From Bacteroidota bacterium (GTDB lineage Bacteria > Bacteroidota > Bacteroidia > Bacteroidales > JAHJDW01): a DNA stretch of 64,000 nucleotides. This document shows, one piece after another, positions 9,901 through 17,322 of this stretch. Within the stretch, counting starts at the first letter, position 1. Each line of letters opens with the position of its first letter. The translations under genes were made by a program, and so were the position numbers. Location: contig JBAXGW010000008.1 in NCBI GenBank assembly GCA_037139195.1, positions 29,516 through 93,515 of the forward strand, written 5' to 3'. The notes under the pieces are model-generated. The model was not told the origin of the DNA. It saw nothing but the letters and a program-made list of their open reading frames with translations, and did not search any database.

Positions 9901-10062
9901 ATCTGTAAATACGCCAATTGGAGGATTTGTTTTAATAAAAACAGTAACACCAATTAACGTTTCACCATTATTATCAGAAACTTTGCCCCTAATCTCACAT
10001 TGAGCCAAAATAGTTGTTACAAAAATAAAATTAAGAAAAACAAATGTCAGTAGAGCTTTCAT
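6961..10062 (-). CDS. TonB-dependent outer-membrane transporter (1033 aa) with an N-terminal CarboxypepD_reg domain. The plug does not look SusC-like.
   Basis: Has a signal peptide. CarboxypepD_reg-like segment: IRGKVSDNNGETLIGVTVFIK...DMDGNYSI. Plug motif: ITVRGIGDRYLKTTINGFKIPTLDPFTNNIKLDIFPASLIDNILITKTASPDLPGDWAGAYISVETKDYPD. The rest is a long beta-barrel with an aromatic-rich C-terminus. No SusD-like gene follows. Confidence 0.9.
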   Translation of the reverse strand: MKALLTFVFLNFIFVTTILAQCEIRGKVSDNNGETLIGVTVFIKTNPPIGVFTDMDGNYSIKLKDTSTPQILNISYIGYNVILDTINCKKGDLIIKNYVLESKSSALKEVVVTAKSRFNNDNQLEVMKRKSSSTMDFISAETIKKTGDANVGAAIARVTGVSTSSTGIITVRGIGDRYLKTTINGFKIPTLDPFTNNIKLDIFPASLIDNILITKTASPDLPGDWAGAYISVETKDYPDSLSIGLESSFGYNPQTSFKDVLTSERSSTDWLGYDNSKRNIDHSSYSEFYSNPTMYQEFVALGLGDYLKSQGITSTSAWNNDYTKLGLIQLGLLGTAQYNDQVAYDNAIEQYNSLQYKGDAFNKINADAVAFSQSLPNTWNYKIRKAPLSNSQSFSIGNQTKLFGKPLGFLVGYRYSTSTQSDANSIANKCIGVDSATSIPAFDSSFQQVSKEVNSWSALVNVAYKYNPNHSLSLLFMPNVTGINNVRKSMYYKANSDDSTYSTRINQFYESRQQFVYQLKSEHYLPKRKIKIALNSSYTNGKSSAPDLKAIILDDQSIPRNQPIFMSTSNGTGRYFRYLTDNVFDSRLSAELPLYNKPDLVRKLKMGIAYQNNHRESTQYYYQLWEGIGSENIRNASPNADPYGRDRFDIVTTQLSGTNNDQPFRSVQEYYSRYRYPSNDIFGNSSVMAAYSMVDYSIIQKLRVSGGLRVEKAKTYTDCQLFDSLGLAADDPRRQFAAGVGLGDVKVNPGVLNEISYLPSINIIYKLKADEISPINIRANFSQSVARPNMRELSDNVIYDQEFSAPVRGNSDLKMAQINNYDLRVEKYFKNGDNISISGFYKDFKNHIEMMYFGPLGGYIWKNNENKAWIRGIEIEGKKSLSKNFEFKANVTFVNSYSKLNRSLITTSGLQFGIPGKTTESTMLGQAPYILNGMLTYTSKEKGLVAGLSYNVQGRRLVIVGVSFLPDIYELPRNMIDFKISKTIGKHFNASLKIQDLLSTSITRSYIYDNKEILIFDQYKYGTTYVFSLSYKL

Positions 10063-10078
10063 TTAAATAAATTATTAA

Positions 10079-10119
10079 AAACTAATCAACTAAATTATAG
10101 GAATTTAGCTGATTAGTTT
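10079..10119 (-). promoter_or_regulatory. Intercistronic hairpin between P3 and the TonB-dependent transporter (attenuator or processing site candidate)
   Basis: A 16-bp stem with one mismatch, AAACTAATCAACTAAA / TTTAGCTGATTAGTTT, is followed on the minus strand by TTTTAATAATTT. Confidence 0.5.
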
Positions 10120-10138
10120 AATTTCGTTTTTATAACAA

Positions 10139-11248
10139 TTATTGTTTTATTAACTTGTTAGTTGATTTTTTTCCATCAATAGAAACCTCAACAAAGTACA
10201 TTCCTTTAGATTGGTTTTTCATATCAATAAGCTCTTTGTAATTAGCAGAAGTATTTTCAATTTTTTTCTTAAAAATTACATTTCCAATAACATTATAGAC
10301 GGTATAATAACAATTTGAATTAATATCTAATGAATTAATACTAAGAGTAAAACTATCGTTTGTTGGGTTTGGAAATATTGAAACAACTGATTCAGGTTTT
10401 TTGTTAAAATTATTTTTTATTCCATTTGTTGTAGTGTCAATAGAAGAATATGTTAAACTATCAAATACTATTTCAGCTGCTAAAGGATTTTTAGCAACAT
10501 ATTTTTCGATGGCAAAATCTGGCGTTTGTAATTGAATATTTAATTCAAAAGAAAACACACCATCTGTAGTAATTTGAGCTATTAAAACTTTGTTAGTGCT
10601 ATCATAGCCAGTTGCTCCCGACAAACAATACCATGCACCATTTGAAACAGAAAGCGAACCTCCCACTTGGCTTAAAGCATCAATAACAGGAGTAATAGTA
10701 TCCATGCCAAGCGTGCCAACTTCACCAGGAGCGCCAGCAATAAAACCATCTTGAACTGTTAATGGAATTCCAAGAGCAACTGAGTCGTTTGCTAAAATAT
10801 TATCGGCATTTACAACAGTTGAAACGCCATCATCATCGGATTTTAATATTCCAAAATTTCCAATACAAGCAGCGCCAGCAGAAAGCCATGAATCCAACAT
10901 TACTGTATTATTTTTAGCTTGAGCTTTTGTGAAATTAGGCGATATACCACCTCTATCTTCATTGTTAAAAAATGTAGTTGATGTCTTCATAAAAAGTTCA
11001 TGAGTAGAACTTCCATACGCCATTTTGAATTTATATCCTTGTTTCATATCTAAAAATATTCGATATGTAACAGAACCAACAGGCAATATGCCGCCAGCAT
11101 TATCAGAGCTAGCAATTGAATCTTCTTTATTAGAAATATAGTATTTTTCAACAATAACTCTTTCCAACCCATTTTGTGCGCTTGAAAAGCCAACAGAAAA
11201 CAGCATACTTAAACTTAAAATAAAAACTTTTGTAAAATCCTTTTTCAT
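10139..11248 (-). CDS. Paralog-family protein P3: uncharacterised N-terminal domain plus a type A T9SS C-terminal sorting domain
   Basis: Family motifs are RVIVEKYYISN, GSVTYRIFLDMKQGYKFKMAYGSSTHEL and VLIAQITTDGVFSFELNIQLQ..KYVAKNP. The C-terminus is VSIFPNPTNDSFTLSI...GMYFVEV. Confidence 0.85.
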   Translation of the reverse strand: MKKDFTKVFILSLSMLFSVGFSSAQNGLERVIVEKYYISNKEDSIASSDNAGGILPVGSVTYRIFLDMKQGYKFKMAYGSSTHELFMKTSTTFFNNEDRGGISPNFTKAQAKNNTVMLDSWLSAGAACIGNFGILKSDDDGVSTVVNADNILANDSVALGIPLTVQDGFIAGAPGEVGTLGMDTITPVIDALSQVGGSLSVSNGAWYCLSGATGYDSTNKVLIAQITTDGVFSFELNIQLQTPDFAIEKYVAKNPLAAEIVFDSLTYSSIDTTTNGIKNNFNKKPESVVSIFPNPTNDSFTLSINSLDINSNCYYTVYNVIGNVIFKKKIENTSANYKELIDMKNQSKGMYFVEVSIDGKKSTNKLIKQ

Positions 11249-11262
11249 AATTATTTAGTTAT

Positions 11263-12060
11263 TTAATTAATTTTTAAACCATTGAATTGTATTTCAGAAT
11301 TAGATGGATTTTTTGCAACAAATTTCACAAAACCTCCAGTTGGAGTCCCAATTTGAATATTTAGTTCAAAAGACAAATACCCATTGGTAGTAAGTTGGGC
11401 TATTAAAACGCAGTTTGAGTCTGTAGAACCTTGAACTCCGCCTAATGCAGCCCATGCAGAATTATTTGAAGAGAAAATTGAATCCTTATTGTTAAATCCA
11501 AACGCTTTCAAATCGATATTGAAAACCTGAAAATTAGGCATTGTTCCATTAGCAAAACCATCATTTTTAAAAAGACTTTCTCTGTTCGCCACAAAACCGC
11601 CTCCTGTATCTTCCGATTTTTGTATTCCAACATGTATTCGATTAGCTGCTGCCAATGTAATCCAACTATCTAAAGCTACATTTCCAATATGTATTTTTTT
11701 TGCATCAACTTGAAAAGCTGTTTCTGCCCCACATATAGAATCATTATAAAAGTAAGTGCTTGTTTTAATTGATAACTCATGTTTCGAATCTCCATAAACC
11801 ATCTGAAGCTTATAACCAGGCTTCATTTTAATAAAAACTCTATATGTTACTGAGCCAACTGGTAGTGTTTTGTCTAGCGAATCATTTGGATTAGAAATAT
11901 AATATTTTTCAACAATTACTTCTTCCAGAGCAAGACTGTCTTCATGACTAGGAATATAATAGTTTTGTGCAACTAAATAACTTTGGCTTGCAAAACAAAA
12001 ATAAATAAATATAATTAAGCTGTATATTCTGGTATTATTGTTCAAAGCTTTTGTTTTCAT
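11263..12060 (-). CDS. Paralog-family protein P4: domain-only member (265 aa) with no sorting domain
   Basis: Has a signal peptide. Motifs are EVIVEKYYISN, GSVTYRVFIKMKPGYKLQMVYGDSKHEL and VLIAQLTTNGYLSFELNIQI..FVAKNP. It ends 14 bp before the P3 start. Confidence 0.8.
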   Translation of the reverse strand: MKTKALNNNTRIYSLIIFIYFCFASQSYLVAQNYYIPSHEDSLALEEVIVEKYYISNPNDSLDKTLPVGSVTYRVFIKMKPGYKLQMVYGDSKHELSIKTSTYFYNDSICGAETAFQVDAKKIHIGNVALDSWITLAAANRIHVGIQKSEDTGGGFVANRESLFKNDGFANGTMPNFQVFNIDLKAFGFNNKDSIFSSNNSAWAALGGVQGSTDSNCVLIAQLTTNGYLSFELNIQIGTPTGGFVKFVAKNPSNSEIQFNGLKIN

Positions 12061-12265
12061 ATTATGTATTAATAATTATTATTATGAAAACAAATTTCTT
12101 AAATATTAAAGCAATAGCAATTAAACTAATATTATTACATCATTAATTTTAGGTTAATGAACAAGAGTAAATTACCTTGAAATTTAATTTAATGTTACTA
12201 TATTCCTAATTTCAAACAATTAACGTAACACTAACTTCATATATTATTGATGTTATATTTACTTA

Positions 12266-12307
12266 AAAACAAAAAAAGCCTTGATAATCAATTACTATCA
12301 AGGCTTT
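12266..12307 (-). terminator. Rho-independent terminator after phoU
   Basis: The stem AAGCCTTGATA / TATCAAGGCTT (12277-12287 and 12297-12307) is followed, on the minus strand, by a T-run (plus-strand A-run at 12268-12277). It lies 20 bp after the phoU stop. Confidence 0.8.
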
Positions 12308-12326
12308 AATTTAATGTAAATTAACA

Positions 12327-13019
12327 TTAATCTTTTTGTGCTGCTCTTATATCTTTTTTAGCTTGCTTGTCATGTTTTAATACTTTGGCTTCTACGTGGA
12401 AGATAATTTCTTCTGCTACGTTGCTTAGTAAATTGCCCGTACGTTCTAAGCGAGCTTCGGTTGCGTATAGTAAAATTATATCATCGCTTGCTTGGTTTAT
12501 CTTTGAAATTTCTTCTTTTAAAACTTTTACAGATTTTTTAAATGATTTATTAATGTCTTTATCTTTCTTAAATGTATTTCGAGCAATTTGAGTGTCTTGA
12601 CAATTCATTGCCATAATCACATCGTCGAAAAGCTCAATAGTACTATCAAACATAGCCGACATATTTATATTCTCAACTAGCACCTTATCAAAAGGCTCTG
12701 TTCGGTCTAATAAATTTTTAGCAATAAAAACTGCATGATCGCCAATGCGTTCAATATCCGAAACCGATTTGAAAATTGACAAGATAAAGCGTAAGTCAGC
12801 AGCTACAGGCTGATACAGTGCAATTATATTTTCGCATTCTTTTTCAATATTTAATTCCAAGGCATCAACTCGCGATTCTGTTCTAAGAATTGATTCGGCT
12901 ATACCATGATCAAAATTTAAAATAGCCGTTTTTGAACTTAAAATTTGATTGCGTACAATTTCCATCATTTCAACAGAAAGTTCTCTGAGGTATTGTAGTT
13001 CTTTATCTAAATGATTCAT
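12327..13019 (-). CDS. phoU: Phosphate signalling complex protein PhoU
   Basis: 230 aa. Shows the two-repeat PhoU pattern (RFILSIFKSVSDIERIGDHAVFIAKNL). It is the last gene of the pst operon. Confidence 0.9.
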   Translation of the reverse strand: MNHLDKELQYLRELSVEMMEIVRNQILSSKTAILNFDHGIAESILRTESRVDALELNIEKECENIIALYQPVAADLRFILSIFKSVSDIERIGDHAVFIAKNLLDRTEPFDKVLVENINMSAMFDSTIELFDDVIMAMNCQDTQIARNTFKKDKDINKSFKKSVKVLKEEISKINQASDDIILLYATEARLERTGNLLSNVAEEIIFHVEAKVLKHDKQAKKDIRAAQKD

Positions 13020-13059
13020 ATATTATTTCTTTTTTTATTTATTTGATTGTGTGAAAATT

Positions 13060-13815
13060 TTAACCAAAATGACCCGAAACATAATCTTCTGTCCTTTTAA
13101 CAGATGGATTAGTAAAAATCTTTTTGGTTTTATCCATTTCAATTAATTCGCCCATATAGAAAAATGCGGTAAAATCGCTTACACGACCTGCTTGCTGCAT
13201 ATTGTGTGTAACAATAATTATTGTATATTGAGTTTTCAATTCGTGAATTAATTCTTCAATTTTTGCTGTTGAAATTGGGTCGAGTGCAGATGCAGGTTCA
13301 TCCATCAATAAAACAGATGGCTCAATTGCTAAAGCTCTTGCAATACACAATCGTTGCTGTTGACCACCTGATAATTCAAATGCCGATTTCTTTAATTTGT
13401 CTTTTACTTCATTCCAAAGCGCAGCTTTTTGAAGCGAGGTTTCTACTCGCTCTGTTATAATATTATTGTCTTTTACGCCATTTACACGTAAGCCATAAGC
13501 CACATTCTCGAAAATAGATTTAGGAAAAGGGTTTGGTTTTTGGAAAACCATACCTACATTTTTTCTAAGCTCGTCCACATCTTGTTGCTTACGATAAATA
13601 TCATTGCCATCAATCAAAATTTCCCCTTCAATTTTCACATTGTCAATAAGGTCGTTCATTCTATTAAGCAATCGCAAATAGGTAGATTTTCCGCAACCCG
13701 AAGGTCCAATTAAAGCCGTAACCGTGTTTTCGCTAAAATTCATGCTGATGTCTTTCAAGGCTTGAAATTCGGCATAATGAAGATTAACGTTTCGTGTAAT
13801 TATTTTTTCCATCAT
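13060..13815 (-). CDS. pstB: Phosphate ABC transporter ATP-binding protein PstB
   Basis: Walker A is GPSGCGKST, the signature is LSGGQQQRL, and Walker B is [12 protein letters not shown]. The length (251 aa) and operon context fit PstB. Confidence 0.95.
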   Translation of the reverse strand: MMEKIITRNVNLHYAEFQALKDISMNFSENTVTALIGPSGCGKSTYLRLLNRMNDLIDNVKIEGEILIDGNDIYRKQQDVDELRKNVGMVFQKPNPFPKSIFENVAYGLRVNGVKDNNIITERVETSLQKAALWNEVKDKLKKSAFELSGGQQQRLCIARALAIEPSVLLMDEPASALDPISTAKIEELIHELKTQYTIIIVTHNMQQAGRVSDFTAFFYMGELIEMDKTKKIFTNPSVKRTEDYVSGHFG

Positions 13816-13823
13816 TTTTTATT

Positions 13824-13894
13824 GGTTCATGGTTCTCAGCGTATGGTTCACGGTAAAGGGTTTGCCCTGCACCTTTAACCTTGTACCTTTAACC
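13824..13894. repeat. Repeat family D hairpin (intact copy) just upstream of pstB
   Basis: GGTTCATGGTTCTCAGCGTATGGTTCACGGTAAAGGGTTTGCCCTGCACCTTTAACCTTGTACCTTTAACC is an imperfect palindrome built from GGTNNA/TNNACC units. The same arm types are seen split apart at 20015-20043 and 20487-20537. Confidence 0.7.
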
Positions 13895-13896
13895 GT

Positions 13897-14061
13897 TTAA
13901 TTCATTTTTACTTTCTTTCATTTGGCCTCAAGAACCTCAGCCGCCGTCAGGTAATCCGCAGTTAGGTCATCCGTCTGGTGCCACACTGAGCGAAGTCGAA
14001 GTGCTTCTTGATTCTGGCTTCTGACTTCTTGATTCTAATTAATTCATTTTTACTTTCTTTC
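13897..14061. repeat. 23-bp perfect direct duplication of the pstA 3' end, flanking a 119-bp repeat insertion
   Basis: TTAATTCATTTTTACTTTCTTTC occurs at 13897-13919 and at 14039-14061. The second copy contains the real pstA stop and last codons. The interval 13920-14038 consists of repeat modules (GGCTGAGGTT-type, TCAGGTAATCCGC/TTAGGTCATCCGT, a half family C arm and the family E arm). Confidence 0.85.
14004..14036. repeat. Repeat family E arm (copy E2), abutting the pstA stop codon
   Basis: CTTCTTGATTCTGGCTTCTGACTTCTTGATTCT ends 2 nt from the pstA TAA. It has the same arm and the same orientation relative to the stop codon as E1. Confidence 0.7.
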
Positions 14062-14905
14062 CATAAAATCTTCTCAACGCATTTGCCACTAAATTTATTA
14101 TTAATACTATTGAAACCAGCACCAATGCCGTTCCATAAGCCATTGGCAAGGATTCTTTCATATTAGTTCCACTGGTTGATAACACATATAAATGGTATGG
14201 CAATGCCATAGCTTGATCGTATATTGAATGCGGCAGCTTTGGTAAAAAATATGCAGCAACTGTAAACAATATTGGAGCGGTTTCGCCTGACACACGTCCA
14301 ATAGAAAGAATTAAACCAGTTATAATGTTTGGAAATGCCATTGGGAAAACTACTCTGCGAATTGTTGTTAATTTAGAAGCTCCTAGTGCATAACTTCCTT
14401 GACGAAAAGAATCGTCAATTGCTTTTAAGGATTCTTCTGTAGTTCTTATAACCACAGGAAGTATCATTAATCCGAGCGTTAAAGAGCCCGCAATTAATGA
14501 ATCGCCAAATTTTAACGTATTGACAAATAGCGACATTCCAAAAAGACCAAAAACAATAGAAGGGATGCCAGACAGGTTATTTGTCATAACTCTTATAAAA
14601 CTTTTCAATTTTCCTGCTTTAGCAAACTCATTGATATAAATAGCGGATAAAATTCCTATTGGGAAAGCAAATGTGATGCTTCCAAGAATTAAATACAAAG
14701 TGCCAATAATTGCAGGATAAATTCCACCTTTAGTCATTCCTTCATCTGGCATTGCTGTGATAAATTCCCAACTAATAACTGAGAATCCTTTATAAATAAT
14801 AAAAGTAAGAATTGCAGCCAAAACACCCAAAACCATTAAGCTTAATATTCTAAAAATATTGAATGCTATTATTTGATTTAATTTCTTTTTATTGCTTAGT
14901 TTCAT
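14039..14905 (-). CDS. pstA: Phosphate ABC transporter permease PstA
   Basis: Multi-TM permease with an EAA-like loop. I place the start at MKLSNKKK (14905). The 18 extra N-terminal codons of the track ORF (to 14959) are read out of a palindromic repeat module. Confidence 0.88.
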   Translation of the reverse strand: MKLSNKKKLNQIIAFNIFRILSLMVLGVLAAILTFIIYKGFSVISWEFITAMPDEGMTKGGIYPAIIGTLYLILGSITFAFPIGILSAIYINEFAKAGKLKSFIRVMTNNLSGIPSIVFGLFGMSLFVNTLKFGDSLIAGSLTLGLMILPVVIRTTEESLKAIDDSFRQGSYALGASKLTTIRRVVFPMAFPNIITGLILSIGRVSGETAPILFTVAAYFLPKLPHSIYDQAMALPYHLYVLSTSGTNMKESLPMAYGTALVLVSIVLIINLVANALRRFYGKKVKMN

Positions 14906-14922
14906 TTTTATGTAGATTAACC

Positions 14923-14964
14923 CTTCGATTCCGCTCAGGGCAACAGCCACTCTGAACACCGAAG
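14923..14964. repeat. Repeat family C hairpin (copy C3) in the pstC-pstA junction
   Basis: CTTCGATTCCGCTCAG-GGCAACAGCCACT-CTGAACACCGAAG has the same architecture as C1 and C2, with a degenerate right arm. Confidence 0.65.
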
Positions 14965-14976
14965 AGTAGTGAATGT

Positions 14977-16179
14977 TTAATTATGTTTTGCATTTCGTTT
15001 AGAAATATATTCAACCATTAAATTTATGAAGAAGGTTATAATAAATAGAATGCAACCAAGAGCAAATAGCGATTTATAATGCAATCCGCCTTGAGGTGCT
15101 TCGCCTAATTCGGCAGCAATTGTAGCTGGAATTGTTCTTACAGGCTCTAAAAAAGTATGAGGAATTACTGCCGCATTACCTGTAACCATAAGCACTGCCA
15201 TTGTTTCGCCAATAGCACGCCCAATTCCTAAAATGGCAGCAGCTGTTATTCCTGAAATTGAATAAGGTATTATTACTTTATAAATTGTTTGAAAATGACT
15301 TGCTCCTAAAGCTAAACTAGCTTCTTTCATGCTTCTAGGTGTTGTTCTAATGGCATCTTCCGAAACTGTTATTATTGTAGGCAAAGCCATAATAGCTAAT
15401 ATTATTGAACCCGCTAATGCAGTTTCGCCAACGGGGATTTTAAAAACTTGCTGAACTAATGGAACTACTATAATTAAACCAAAAAAACCATAAACAACCG
15501 AAGGTATTCCTGATAAAAGCTCAATTATTGGTTTTATTGTATTTCTAATTTTAGGACTGGCAACCTCTGCCATGTATATTGCTACTGCTAAGCCCAAGGG
15601 CAAAGCTAAAAGAATTGCACCTAAACTTACCCAAAGTGTTCCTAATATTAAAGGCAAAAAGCCCATTTGGGCTGCTGGTTGAGCAGTTGGGAACCATTCT
15701 TTGCCAGCAAACATGTTAGTAAGCGAAATATTATCGATGGGCAAAACGCGTCCCTTAAAATTTTTAGTGATATTTTTTTCGGAGAAAAATGCTATAATTC
15801 CAACATTATTTTGAATTATTGAATCAATTTTTTGTGGAAGAAATTCAAAATTTGGTCCCAATTCTTCTTCCGAACAATAATCGCCAATATTATCTAAACG
15901 AAAAACAATTATTGAATCGTTTGTGCCGCCAATTTCTTTCCAATTGGTTATTTTTACATCAAAAATGTCTTTGATTTGAGCTGCTGTAACTTTTTTAATA
16001 TTATTACCTGAGTTCACTGCAATTACAAATCCTTGCTCAACAGGTTTTTCGCCATAAATTGCCAATCCTTCTTTAAACAGGAAAACAATAATAAGCACAA
16101 CCGTTAAACTGGTGATTGTGCTACTTAAAAAAAGAATTCCTTCTATGAATTTGGTCCAGAAATTTTTGAAGAATTGCAT
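14977..16179 (-). CDS. pstC: Phosphate ABC transporter permease PstC, carrying a PstS-like insertion in its first periplasmic loop
   Basis: 400 aa with a permease core (EASLALGASHFQTIYKVIIP). Residues ~45-165 (VTAAQIKDIFDVKITNWKEIGGTNDSIIVF) resemble PstS residues ITREQAEGIFTGKITNWKDVGGSDMSIVVY from the neighbouring gene. Confidence 0.9.
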   Translation of the reverse strand: MQFFKNFWTKFIEGILFLSSTITSLTVVLIIVFLFKEGLAIYGEKPVEQGFVIAVNSGNNIKKVTAAQIKDIFDVKITNWKEIGGTNDSIIVFRLDNIGDYCSEEELGPNFEFLPQKIDSIIQNNVGIIAFFSEKNITKNFKGRVLPIDNISLTNMFAGKEWFPTAQPAAQMGFLPLILGTLWVSLGAILLALPLGLAVAIYMAEVASPKIRNTIKPIIELLSGIPSVVYGFFGLIIVVPLVQQVFKIPVGETALAGSIILAIMALPTIITVSEDAIRTTPRSMKEASLALGASHFQTIYKVIIPYSISGITAAAILGIGRAIGETMAVLMVTGNAAVIPHTFLEPVRTIPATIAAELGEAPQGGLHYKSLFALGCILFIITFFINLMVEYISKRNAKHN

Positions 16180-16299
16180 TAGTATATTTTTATGTTTTTA
16201 TTATTTCATGAATGGTTGTTGCAATATCTTTACTAATATTTATTCAAGTGAACTTTAAGATACTGCAACTTCCAGTTTTTTTTGAAAGGCTAAGAAATA

Positions 16300-16388
16300 A
16301 TCTATTTCAAAACTACTTCTTAACCTCTCTAAATCTTTTCTCAACCTTAACCTCAGTCTAAATTTCAACCTCAGCCTCTTTTTAACTC
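16300..16388. repeat. GAGGTT-type repeat module abutting the pstS stop codon
   Basis: In minus-strand sense, directly after the pstS TAA: GAGTTAAAAAGAGGCTGAGGTTGAAATTTAGACTGAGGTTAAGGTTGAGAAAAG.... It shares GGCTGAGGTT with the module at 13925-13945. A further long-loop inverted repeat, GTTGCAATATCTT/AAGATACTGCAAC, lies at ~16218-16272. Confidence 0.6.
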
Positions 16389-17210
16389 TTAATTCAACGG
16401 AACATAACCCACATTCTCAACTGCTTTTTGACCTTCAGCTGATAAAACGAAATCAATATATGGTTTCACTGTTTTCTCAGAACTTGCTAAGTAGTAATAT
16501 TGTAAAGGACGAGTGATAGGATAGGTTTTGTTTTTTGCATTAGCTACTGAAGGAGCAACAAAGGTTTTACCTTTATCATAAGATACTTTTAGCGCTTTTA
16601 CTTCTTTTTCTAAATAAGCAACACCTACATAACCAATAGCACCTTTAGTTTGACTAACCGACTGAACAATAGCACCTGTAGCAGGCATCATCATAATTTT
16701 AGGGCTGTAATTTTTATTTTTAAGAACGTTTTCTTTGAAAAATTCATAAGTTCCAGAGCTCGATTCGCGAGAATAAACAACTATCGACATATCTGAACCA
16801 CCCACATCTTTCCAGTTTGTTATTTTCCCTGTAAAGATTCCTTCAGCTTGTTCGCGAGTAATTTGAGAAACACCATTTGAAGGGTTTACAATAATACTAA
16901 GTGCATCTTGAGCCACTACCACTTCTTTGTATGCTTTGCCAGCTTCTTGAAGTTTTAATTTTTCACTCATCTTAAGTTTTCTCGATGACATCGCGATGTC
17001 AGTTGTGCCATCTAATAAAGCTGCAATTCCAACACCGCTACCTCCGCCTACAACAGAAATGCTAGTTCCTGCATTTTTCTTCATAAAGATTTCTGCTTCC
17101 TTTTGAGATATTGGAAGCATAGTGTCACTTCCTTTAATTTTTATAGTTGTTTGCATTGTTGCCGACATTCCTATAAATACTATTGCTATTAATGCTAATG
17201 TTTTTTTCAT
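16389..17210 (-). CDS. pstS: Phosphate-binding periplasmic protein PstS
   Basis: Has a signal peptide. Motifs GSDTMLPI, VVGGGSGVGIAAL and SSRESSSGTY are typical of the PstS family. Operon context agrees. Confidence 0.9.
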   Translation of the reverse strand: MKKTLALIAIVFIGMSATMQTTIKIKGSDTMLPISQKEAEIFMKKNAGTSISVVGGGSGVGIAALLDGTTDIAMSSRKLKMSEKLKLQEAGKAYKEVVVAQDALSIIVNPSNGVSQITREQAEGIFTGKITNWKDVGGSDMSIVVYSRESSSGTYEFFKENVLKNKNYSPKIMMMPATGAIVQSVSQTKGAIGYVGVAYLEKEVKALKVSYDKGKTFVAPSVANAKNKTYPITRPLQYYYLASSEKTVKPYIDFVLSAEGQKAVENVGYVPLN

Positions 17211-17256
17211 TTTTATATGTTTATTTAATGTTAAGTCTCTATTAAATTGATTGACA

Positions 17257-17264
17257 CAAATTTA
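17257..17264 (-). promoter_or_regulatory. -7 promoter box (TAAATTTG) for pstS
   Basis: TAnnTTTG match, 47 nt upstream of the pstS ATG. Confidence 0.5.
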
Positions 17265-17305
17265 CTTTGCTAATATTAATTTAATGTTAAATGGGCTTGA
17301 TGTTT

Positions 17306-17314
17306 ATGTTAAGT
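17306..17314 (-). promoter_or_regulatory. Shared 9-mer ATGTTAAGT (gene-sense ACTTAACAT), pstS upstream copy; candidate regulator site
   Basis: The exact 9-mer also occurs at 17228-17236, 18818-18826 (porin upstream) and 3829-3837 (upstream of gene 2015-3781). All copies have the same orientation relative to the downstream gene. A variant, ATGTTAAAT, lies at 17284-17292. Confidence 0.4.
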
Positions 17315-17322
17315 TTATTATT

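Noticed and set aside
12061-12326. Possible Pho-type sites and promoter for the P4-P3-TBDT unit
   Set aside because: Only weak TAACAT cores (12192 and 12250) and a one-mismatch -7 box (12093-12100) are present. The exact 9-mer seen at pstS, the porin and gene 2015-3781 is absent, so no regulatory call is made here.
14906-14959. 18-codon N-terminal extension of pstA in the track ORF
   Set aside because: The extension (MFRVAVALSGIEGLIYIK) is translated from the family C hairpin. MKLSNKKK at 14905 gives a normal PstA N-terminus.
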